Positions 18,543-25,522 of a DNA stretch of 64,000 bases are shown one piece after another. The stretch is from assembly GCA_965215505.1 (NCBI GenBank), contig OZ244065.1, positions 224,001 to 288,000 on the forward strand, given 5' to 3'. The number at the start of each line of letters is the position of its first letter. The first letter of the stretch is position 1. This stretch comes from Capsulimonadaceae bacterium. Its GTDB lineage: Bacteria > Armatimonadota > Armatimonadia > Armatimonadales > Capsulimonadaceae. The position numbers were made by a program, and so were the translations under genes. The notes below the pieces were generated by a model. That model was not told where the DNA came from. It saw only the letters and a program-made list of their open reading frames with translations, and ran no database searches.

Positions 18543-19473
18543 GGGGGAGTGTCACTTCTTCTATGAACCGGCCCAGGGCACCGAAGACGGCCCGGCCCTC
18601 GATCCGGAAGTAGTCCGCGTGTCCGGCCCGCGCGACCGCAAGCCGCGTCACCGGCCCGCCGCTGGCCGAGGCCAGCCGGTCCGCCATCCAGAACGGGATC
18701 AGCCGGTCGGCGCGGCTGTGGACGATCAAGACGGGGCAGGTGACGCGCGGCATCTTGCTCTCGCTGGCGAACGGGTAGCGGAGCAGCGAGCGCAGCAGGA
18801 ACGTCGGGTAGACCGGGTACTCCTGGTGCGCCTCGTCCGCGAGGCTCGTGTAGGCCGCGAACAGTGCCAGCCCGGCGACGGGCCGATGCGCCGACAGTTC
18901 TCGCGCCGCCAGGTCCACGGCGACCCCTGACCCGAGCGAATAGCCTGCGATGACGATGCCCTCCCGGTCCACGTCTGGCCGGGACAACAAGTACCCGTAG
19001 GTCGCCTGTGCCGTCGCGAAGCAGTTCGCCTCCGACTCCTGGCCCCCGCTCTGCCCGAAGCCGACATAGTCCGGCATCAGGACGTTCACGTCCAGCCGCC
19101 GGAACGACTCGAACCACACGCGGCAATTTACCAGCGAACCGGCCTTGCCGTAAAAGAACAGCAGGGTGGGGCGGCGGGCCGCGTCCGGGTCAGGCGAGCC
19201 GTCCGCCCGTAGCGCCCGCCCGTAGTAGGCCGTCACCCGGTCCCCTGCCGCCGTTTGGAACGACACCCGGCGCGCGTCGGGCGTCAGGGCCACTCCGTCC
19301 ACTGCGCCCCACTGGCGCGAGTAGGCGGCATTGAAAACGAGCTGCCGCTGGAACGCGGCCAGCCCGACCAGCGGCGCGAGGTACAGGACGGCCAAGACAA
19401 ACAGAAGCCGCCTGACGGTCCTGGGGAGGACCATCCGGCGGCCTTGTCGGGTGGTGGGCGGCTCCGTCATCAT
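18442..19473 (-). CDS. membrane-anchored alpha/beta hydrolase
   Basis: N-terminal TM; DYVGFGQS; GYSLG nucleophile elbow; HSRADRLIP; AGH. Confidence 0.85.
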   Translation of the reverse strand: MMTEPPTTRQGRRMVLPRTVRRLLFVLAVLYLAPLVGLAAFQRQLVFNAAYSRQWGAVDGVALTPDARRVSFQTAAGDRVTAYYGRALRADGSPDPDAARRPTLLFFYGKAGSLVNCRVWFESFRRLDVNVLMPDYVGFGQSGGQESEANCFATAQATYGYLLSRPDVDREGIVIAGYSLGSGVAVDLAARELSAHRPVAGLALFAAYTSLADEAHQEYPVYPTFLLRSLLRYPFASESKMPRVTCPVLIVHSRADRLIPFWMADRLASASGGPVTRLAVARAGHADYFRIEGRAVFGALGRFIEEVTLPHETQQRHQRRAATDRVRAARAVPQAPHPSPPLP

Positions 19474-19495
19474 CGTGCGGACCCTCTGCCGAGTC

Positions 19496-20071
19496 CTAGA
19501 CGTTATGCGCGATGATGATGGCTTCGGCGATCTCGCGCATGGACTTGCGCGTGTTCATGCTCTGGATCTGGATGCGCCGGAACGCCTCCTGTTCCTTCAG
19601 CCCGTACTGGTCCATCAGGATGCCCTTGGCCCGGTCCACGGCCTTGCGGGTGTCCAGCTTGTTTTCCAGGTCCGAGACCTCGTTCTCAAGCTCCACGAAC
19701 TCCTCGTAGCGCGAGATCGCGATCTCCATGGCGGGCAGCAGGTCGGCCTCCTTGAAGGGCTTGACGAGGTAGGCGAAGACGCCCGCATCCTTGGCCCGGT
19801 CTACCAGGTCCTTCTGGGAGTAGGCCGTCAGCAGCAGGACGGGCGCGATGCCCTCGGTCGTGATGACCTTCGCGCCGTCAATGCCGTCGAGTTCGGGCAT
19901 CTTGATGTCCAGGATCACGATGTCCGGCTTCATCTCGCGCGCCACCTCGATAGCCTTGGCCCCGTCCCCGGCCTCACCGACGACCTGGTGGCCCATGTTC
20001 TCCAGGGTCTTTCGCAGGTCCAGCCGGATGATCGGCTCGTCGTCGGCGATCACGATTCGTAGTGAGTCCAT
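19496..20071 (-). CDS. ANTAR-domain response regulator (PdtaR-like)
   Basis: IADDEPIIR..DIKMP..YLVKPF receiver; RKAVDRAKGILM..EQEAFRRIQ..SMN ANTAR; GGAG SD before ATG 20071. Confidence 0.93.
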   Translation of the reverse strand: MDSLRIVIADDEPIIRLDLRKTLENMGHQVVGEAGDGAKAIEVAREMKPDIVILDIKMPELDGIDGAKVITTEGIAPVLLLTAYSQKDLVDRAKDAGVFAYLVKPFKEADLLPAMEIAISRYEEFVELENEVSDLENKLDTRKAVDRAKGILMDQYGLKEQEAFRRIQIQSMNTRKSMREIAEAIIIAHNV

Positions 20072-20140
20072 TGTAAAAGTCTCCGTCCTTTTTCCCGCAG
20101 CATGTCGAAGGGATATGAAAGGAAGGGGCCGCGCTTCTCG

Positions 20141-20169
20141 TTGCAGCCCCTCCCGCTTTCTGCTATAAT
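20141..20169 (+). promoter_or_regulatory. sigma70-type promoter toward HAF-repeat genes
   Basis: TTGCAG, 17 bp, then TATAAT with extended TG. Confidence 0.6.
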
Positions 20170-20190
20170 AGCTTGGATACTTTCTATCAT

Positions 20191-20206
20191 AGCAAATTCC
20201 GTGCCA
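20191..20206 (-). promoter_or_regulatory. sigma54 (-24/-12) promoter upstream of ANTAR regulator
   Basis: Minus strand TGGCAC-GGAAT-TTGCT matches TGGCAC-N5-TTGCW. Confidence 0.7.
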
Positions 20207-20342
20207 AAAAAGCAAGGGCGATCCCTGCTGATAAAGCGAACCACCCGCCGACGCTTCGGCTCTTCGCCCTGCTCTGAGTTCGTGATGGAAGTCTCTGCCG
20301 ACACTCGCCCCAATTGGCCGCCCCGCATGGAGACGCTGAGCC

Positions 20343-21410
20343 ATGACAAAGAAACCAGAATACTCGATCACGGATTTGGGAATAATGCCGGGTTTCGATG
20401 AGAGCAGGGCAACCGCTTTGAACGATGAAGGGCAAGTCATAGGTACCCTGCGGCGGGGCGACTTTGACTTCAAGCCTTATGGTTTTCACTGGCGCGAAGG
20501 CATGATAAGCGGTTCAGGGGATGTTATTCCAAATAGCATCAACAACAAAGGTCAAATTGCTGGGATAAGTCGCAAAATCTACTTAGAGTTCATCGCTTAT
20601 GGCGAAAAGCCGAGGTCTTCCCCAAGGAGCAACACCGTCCATTGGGGTCAGGCGATTAGTGAGAATGGTCAAACGGTGGGCTTCAGCCAGTTCACCAATT
20701 GGAACGTTCCGTCGAAGTCGAAACGCCAGCCATTTATCTTAGAAAGCGACGAACGAAGTTCCCTGACTATTCCTGAAGGCTACGATGCTGGGGAGGCGAT
20801 GGGAATTAACAGCCAGGGGATGGTCGTCGGCAACGTCTGGTCGCGAGATGTCAGCGATAAACATGCAATTGTCTGGCAGGACGATGAAGTGAGGCATCTT
20901 GGTGAACTGACGGGCTTCCACAACACCGAGGCAATTACCGTCAACGATTCAGGCCATGTTCTCGTCAAGGCTTTTCAGGCCCGTTTTGCCGAACTTCTAC
21001 GCCAGTCCACTGGAGCCGGGGATCTGCATCAACTGACTGAAGAGGTGGCAAGAATACCCGCAAATGCTTGGGGATTTAAACATCAGCCTTATCTGTGGAA
21101 CAGCGGCCAGTGGCAGGAAATTAATGGGATGCGCTTTGCACATGCCCTGAACAATCAAGGTCAGGTAGTCGGCTCGATCTTGATAGATCCAAAAACAGCA
21201 TCGGGACCGTCGGGACCGAATGAACGTGCCGGTAACCATGCGGCATTTTGGGAGGCTGGTGAGGTGATGGATCTAAACAATGCCCTGCCCGAAGACTCAG
21301 GCTGGGTACTACAGAAAGCCACAGACATCAACAACTGGGGCCAGATCGTCGGCGACGGCGTGTTTGAGGGCAAATCCCGCGCCTTTCTGTTGACGCTCGA
21401 ACGCCTATGA
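20343..21410 (+). CDS. HAF-repeat (DUF3466-like) protein, no signal peptide, lower GC
   Basis: Repeated A..IN..GQIVG units; DLNNALP..SGWVL..ATDINNWGQIVG; RAFLL. Confidence 0.85.
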   Translation: MTKKPEYSITDLGIMPGFDESRATALNDEGQVIGTLRRGDFDFKPYGFHWREGMISGSGDVIPNSINNKGQIAGISRKIYLEFIAYGEKPRSSPRSNTVHWGQAISENGQTVGFSQFTNWNVPSKSKRQPFILESDERSSLTIPEGYDAGEAMGINSQGMVVGNVWSRDVSDKHAIVWQDDEVRHLGELTGFHNTEAITVNDSGHVLVKAFQARFAELLRQSTGAGDLHQLTEEVARIPANAWGFKHQPYLWNSGQWQEINGMRFAHALNNQGQVVGSILIDPKTASGPSGPNERAGNHAAFWEAGEVMDLNNALPEDSGWVLQKATDINNWGQIVGDGVFEGKSRAFLLTLERL

Positions 21411-22486
21411 AACTGCCATGCTTGCTAACAGCCTTTGCCGTATCATTTCTGATTGGCGCAACCGCCCACGCCCAGACTGCTCCGCGCTACACCGCCATAG
21501 ATCTCGGCTCGCTGGGCGGGCAGGAGTGCGCGGCGACGGCCCTGAACGACCGGGGGCAGATCGTCGGCGGGGCGGACACGGCGCGGCACGGCAAGGGGCC
21601 GGAGTTCATCACCAATGTCTTCGTCTGGCAGAATGGGCGGATGCATGCGGTGCCGGGGCTGGACGGCAGCCACGCCTACGTTGACGCGGTCAACGGCGCG
21701 GGGCAGATGACCGGGGCCTACAGCGCCGACCCGCTCAAGGCGCAGTTCACGTCCGCCCTGTTCGGCCCGACCGGTAAGGTCCGGCTGCTGGGCGGCTTCC
21801 CGGCCACCCAGCACGGCTACTCGCTCTCCAAGGCGGACGGCCTCAACGCCAAGGGCCAGGTGGTCGGCATCTCCAATAACCAGGCATTCTTCTGGAACTT
21901 GGGGCGTCTGAAGAAGCTGGCACCGCCGCCGGGCTATCAGGCGTCGGAAGCGTGGAGCGTCAATGACAAAGGCCAGGCGACGGGCAAGGCCGACCGGGCG
22001 GGCGGCGTGGGCAAAGCCGGGCTGACCCATGCCCTGTATTGGGAGGCGGGCGGCAGAGTCACCGACATGGGAACCCTGCCCGGCTACACCGACAGCGTAG
22101 GGAAAGCGATCAACAACAAGGGCCAGGTGGTGGGCTGGGTGGGCGTGACGCGGGGAACGCCGGGGCGGCGAATCACGTTCCACTACCAGGCGTTCCTGTG
22201 GCAGAACGGACGGATGCGCGGCCTGGGTTCCATCCCCCGCATCCCCGACAGCAAAGCCGCCGCCCTCAACGACAGAGGCCAGATCGTCGGCAACGCCTAC
22301 TTCAAGACCGATGAGGCCGCCCTGCTCTGGCAGAACGGCAAAGTGTATGAACTGAACGCCCTGGTTCCGCCACACTCGGGCTGGAAGCTGCAAAACGCAT
22401 TGGGCATCAACGCCCGAGGCCAGATCATCGGCAACGGCATCCACAACGGTATCCGCCGGGGCTTCCTGCTGAACCCCCGGCCGTAA
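21407..22486 (+). CDS. secreted HAF-repeat protein
   Basis: Signal peptide ending AHA; repeated ALNDRGQIVG / AFLWQNG units. Confidence 0.88.
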   Translation: MKLPCLLTAFAVSFLIGATAHAQTAPRYTAIDLGSLGGQECAATALNDRGQIVGGADTARHGKGPEFITNVFVWQNGRMHAVPGLDGSHAYVDAVNGAGQMTGAYSADPLKAQFTSALFGPTGKVRLLGGFPATQHGYSLSKADGLNAKGQVVGISNNQAFFWNLGRLKKLAPPPGYQASEAWSVNDKGQATGKADRAGGVGKAGLTHALYWEAGGRVTDMGTLPGYTDSVGKAINNKGQVVGWVGVTRGTPGRRITFHYQAFLWQNGRMRGLGSIPRIPDSKAAALNDRGQIVGNAYFKTDEAALLWQNGKVYELNALVPPHSGWKLQNALGINARGQIIGNGIHNGIRRGFLLNPRP

Positions 22487-22495
22487 GGAAACGCA

Positions 22496-23578
22496 TTGGA
22501 AAAATTCGCTTTCATCATCCACCCACTCGATGCGCGCCGCGACGTGGCGAAGAAGGGCGGCATCTACAGCGCCGCCAAGTACCTGCCGGAGCCGGCCGTG
22601 GAGTGGGGGATGCAGTTCAAGACCCCCATGCTCATGTCCCACATCACCGGCATCCAGTCGCCGACGGGGGCCGAGGCGGAGGGCTGGTTCATCGGCTGCC
22701 CGCTGACGCCGAGGCAGATGCTCACCTTGCCTCAAGAATTCGTCTACAAGCGCCTCGTCCAGTGCGGCAGGCTGGCCGAGTCGCTGGGCGCGGGCATCAT
22801 TGGTTTGGGCGCGTTCACTTCCATCGTCGGCGACGGCGGCATCACCATCGCCAAAGAGCTTGACATCGCCGTGACGACCGGCAACTCCTACACCACGGCG
22901 ACGGCCGTGGAGGGCGGCCTGGACGCGGCTCGGCGCATGGGCATTGACATCAAGCGGGCCAAGGTGGCCGTGGTCGGCGCGACCGGCTCCATCGGCAAGA
23001 CCTGTGCCCAGATGCTGGCCCCGCAGTGCGCCGAGATCGCCCTGATCGGGCGGGACCTGGCCCGTTTAGAGGCCGTCGGCGGCGAGCTGGCCGGGGCCTG
23101 CGTCCGCCTGTACGATGACGTCCATTTGGGCCTGCGCGACGCCGACCTGATCCTGACCGTCACCAGCGCCCGCGACGCCGTGATCGAGCCGGAGGACCTG
23201 AAGCCCGGCAGCGTGGTCTGCGACGTGGCCCGCCCCCGCGACGTTTCGGTGCGCGTGGCGAAGGAGCGCGACGACGTGCTGGTCATCGAGGGCGGCGTCG
23301 TCGCCGTGCCCGGCCCCGACGCCGATTTCCACTTCCACTTCGGCTTCCCGCCCAAGACCGCCTACGCCTGCATGTCCGAGACGATCATGCTGGCTTTGGA
23401 TGGCCGTTACGAGTCGTTCACCCTGGGCAAAGAGGTGTCCATCGCCCAAGCGGAAGAGACGAGCCGCCTGGCGAAGAAGCACGGGTTTAGACTCGCCGGC
23501 TACCGGAGCTTCGAGAAGGAAGTCACCCAGGAGACAATCGAGACGACCCGGCGGCGGGCGCAGGAAAAGCGGAAGTAG
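22496..23578 (+). CDS. COG5322-type NAD(P)-binding oxidoreductase (acyl-ACP-reductase-like fold)
   Basis: FAFIIHPL; GLGAFTSIVGDGG; TTGNSYT; VVGATGSIG; DVARPRDV. Confidence 0.8.
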   Translation: MEKFAFIIHPLDARRDVAKKGGIYSAAKYLPEPAVEWGMQFKTPMLMSHITGIQSPTGAEAEGWFIGCPLTPRQMLTLPQEFVYKRLVQCGRLAESLGAGIIGLGAFTSIVGDGGITIAKELDIAVTTGNSYTTATAVEGGLDAARRMGIDIKRAKVAVVGATGSIGKTCAQMLAPQCAEIALIGRDLARLEAVGGELAGACVRLYDDVHLGLRDADLILTVTSARDAVIEPEDLKPGSVVCDVARPRDVSVRVAKERDDVLVIEGGVVAVPGPDADFHFHFGFPPKTAYACMSETIMLALDGRYESFTLGKEVSIAQAEETSRLAKKHGFRLAGYRSFEKEVTQETIETTRRRAQEKRK

Positions 23579-23592
23579 ATGCAGCAGAAGGA

Positions 23593-23750
23593 CGAGTGAT
23601 TGAAATCACTCGCTGACGCAGGATTTGTCCAAGGGACAAGGGGAGCGGTGGAGCCGCCGGCCTGTTCCCCCTCCGGCCTTCTCCCGGTGTTCCTTTCCCT
23701 CTTCTGTCCCTTGGACAGGTCCGCGCGGAGCGAGTGATTTCAATCACTCG
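23593..23750. repeat. REPIN-like element (CGAGTGAT family), copy 1
   Basis: CGAGTGATTGAAATCACTCG (23593-23612) ... CGAGTGATTTCAATCACTCG (23731-23750), with inner TGTCC-N3-GGACA hairpins. Confidence 0.85.
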
Positions 23751-23793
23751 GCTTCCACCGGCAGGTAAAGCAGAGGTAACAAGATTGTGGCAG

Positions 23794-24051
23794 GTGAGCG
23801 GGACACCGAGCGTGTCCCTCCGACTGACGCGCGCAGGCACGGTTTCCATTGATCCGCAGCGGCGAAGCGGAGTACCATGTTTCGCGGGCACCCGTCTTCC
23901 GATCCATGACCTGTTCGACTATCTCGCGGGGAGCGAGCCATTAGGAAGCTTCCTGGAGAGCTTCCCTAGCGTGTCACGCGAACAGGCCGAAAGGGTGCTG
24001 GTGCTGGCCGAAGACAGGCTGTTCGATGGGCTTTTGGCGGGAGGCACCTGA
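23794..24051 (+). CDS. DUF433 domain protein (orphan antitoxin-like); start uncertain
   Basis: IDPQRRSGVPCFAGTRLPI..LFDYL..FLESFPSVSREQA. Confidence 0.8.
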   Translation: MSGTPSVSLRLTRAGTVSIDPQRRSGVPCFAGTRLPIHDLFDYLAGSEPLGSFLESFPSVSREQAERVLVLAEDRLFDGLLAGGT

Positions 24052-24075
24052 GCCGCAGCCCGCCGAGCCGAGAGA

Positions 24076-24096
24076 CGAGTGGTTTTCAACCACTCG
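24076..24096. repeat. solo REP of the CGAGTG family
   Basis: CGAGTGGTTTTCAACCACTCG. Confidence 0.75.
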
Positions 24097-24108
24097 ATAC
24101 CTCATCAT

Positions 24109-25425
24109 CTACTCCCCCGCCATGACCACCGCGACCGGCATCATCCGTGCCAGCGGCGTCACCAGCCCTGCCTCCACCTGGATCTTTAGAACGCGCTCGA
24201 TGTCCTTGTAGGCGGGCGGCGCTTCCTCCGCCGACAGGCCCTCCACCAGAATATCCTGCTCTTTTAACCGCCGCCGCACTTCCCCCAGGCTGATCTCATC
24301 CCGGACCGACGTCCGGCTGCCCACGCGGCCCGCGCCGTGGGAGGCGGAGTGCAGGGCTTCGGGAACGCCCTCGCCGCGCACCAGGTAGGACGCGCTCCCC
24401 ATGCTGCCGGGGATGACGCCCAGGACGCCCTTCTCGGCGGGCGTCGCGCCCTTGCGGTGGATGACCCGGTCGGCACCGTCCCGCCAGGCGAAGTTGTGGT
24501 CGTTCTGGACTGTCGCCATGGGCGTCAGCCCGGAGCGGCGGGCGAACGCCGCGTGGATGACCTCGTGATTTGCCCGCGCGAAGTCCCCGGCCAGCTCCAT
24601 CGCCGCCCAGTATTCCCGCCCCGCGTCCTCATCCAGACTCAGCCACTCGTACATCTTCGGGACCCGCGCCGTCCGTGCCGTTTCCAAGGCCGCCAGCCGC
24701 ATGTAGTGGTTCGCGAGGGCGTAGCCGACCCCGCGCGAGCCGCTGTGCGTCAGCAGGCCGCCGAACGTCTCGGGCAGGCCGCTCTCCGCGTCCAGCCGCT
24801 CCCCGACCACCAGCTCGGCGAAGTGGTTGCCGCTGCCGCTCGTCCCGATCTGCCGCCGCGCCTTGTCGCGCAGGCCGCGCGTCTGACCGGTCAACGCCCA
24901 GCGTCCTTTGTCCAGGACGGCATGGTCGGCGGGCCGGGCGTTGTCCGCGCCCACGCCGAACGTCGTTACGGCCAAGAGGTCCCGGAAAAGCGTTTCGCGC
25001 CGCCCCAGGAACTCGCCGGGCGGCACGGCGAACAGGCTGAGGTGCATCCGGCAGCCGATGTCCACGCCGACCATGGCGGGCGAGACGGCCCGGTGGGCGG
25101 CGAAGACCCCGCCGATGGGCAGGGCGTACCCGACATGGGCGTCCGGCATCAAGGCCCCTTCCAGGGCGATGGGCAGCCGCAGGGCGAGTTCCAGTTGGCC
25201 GACGGCGACCGGCGAGATGTCCGCGCCGACCTCCCCATAGACGTGGAACGGCGCGGGGGCGTCGCGCAGGGTCTGGACCGGCTCGGAGCGGCCGTATTCG
25301 GCTTCGAGGGCCGCCAGTATCTCCGGCTCGGCGGCCCCGGCCTTCTTCATGGCGGCGGCCCGGACGGACATCTGCCTCCACCTCTTGTCGCCCTTCCAGG
25401 GGCGTAGTAGCGTGTTGACTTTCAT
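24109..25425 (-). CDS. rtcB: RtcB-family RNA ligase
   Basis: PDAHVGYALPIGG; GVDIGC; GSGNHF; HSGSRG; HRKGATP; SASHGAGR. Confidence 0.93.
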   Translation of the reverse strand: MKVNTLLRPWKGDKRWRQMSVRAAAMKKAGAAEPEILAALEAEYGRSEPVQTLRDAPAPFHVYGEVGADISPVAVGQLELALRLPIALEGALMPDAHVGYALPIGGVFAAHRAVSPAMVGVDIGCRMHLSLFAVPPGEFLGRRETLFRDLLAVTTFGVGADNARPADHAVLDKGRWALTGQTRGLRDKARRQIGTSGSGNHFAELVVGERLDAESGLPETFGGLLTHSGSRGVGYALANHYMRLAALETARTARVPKMYEWLSLDEDAGREYWAAMELAGDFARANHEVIHAAFARRSGLTPMATVQNDHNFAWRDGADRVIHRKGATPAEKGVLGVIPGSMGSASYLVRGEGVPEALHSASHGAGRVGSRTSVRDEISLGEVRRRLKEQDILVEGLSAEEAPPAYKDIERVLKIQVEAGLVTPLARMMPVAVVMAGE

Positions 25426-25460
25426 GGTCTCTTTATCGCCGGGGCGGGCAATTTTGCAAA

Positions 25461-25491
25461 GGAAAAGCCTCCCGCCGGATGGGCGGGAGGC
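25461..25491 (-). terminator. intrinsic terminator after S8 protease gene
   Basis: Minus strand GCCTCCCGCC-CATCC-GGCGGGAGGC-TTTTCC. Confidence 0.7.
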
Positions 25492-25522
25492 GATATGGGG
25501 ACGGAGGAGGCGAATACGGGGC

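Noticed and set aside
19496-20473. N-terminal extensions in the ORF track (also 2029, 35069, 55610, 58799, 30439)
   Set aside because: They overlap neighbouring genes or promoters; downstream starts with SD or coupling and domain boundaries fit better.
23593-24096. Palindromic 20-bp repeats as a CRISPR array
   Set aside because: They occur as dispersed inverted pairs without regular spacers, and no cas genes are present.
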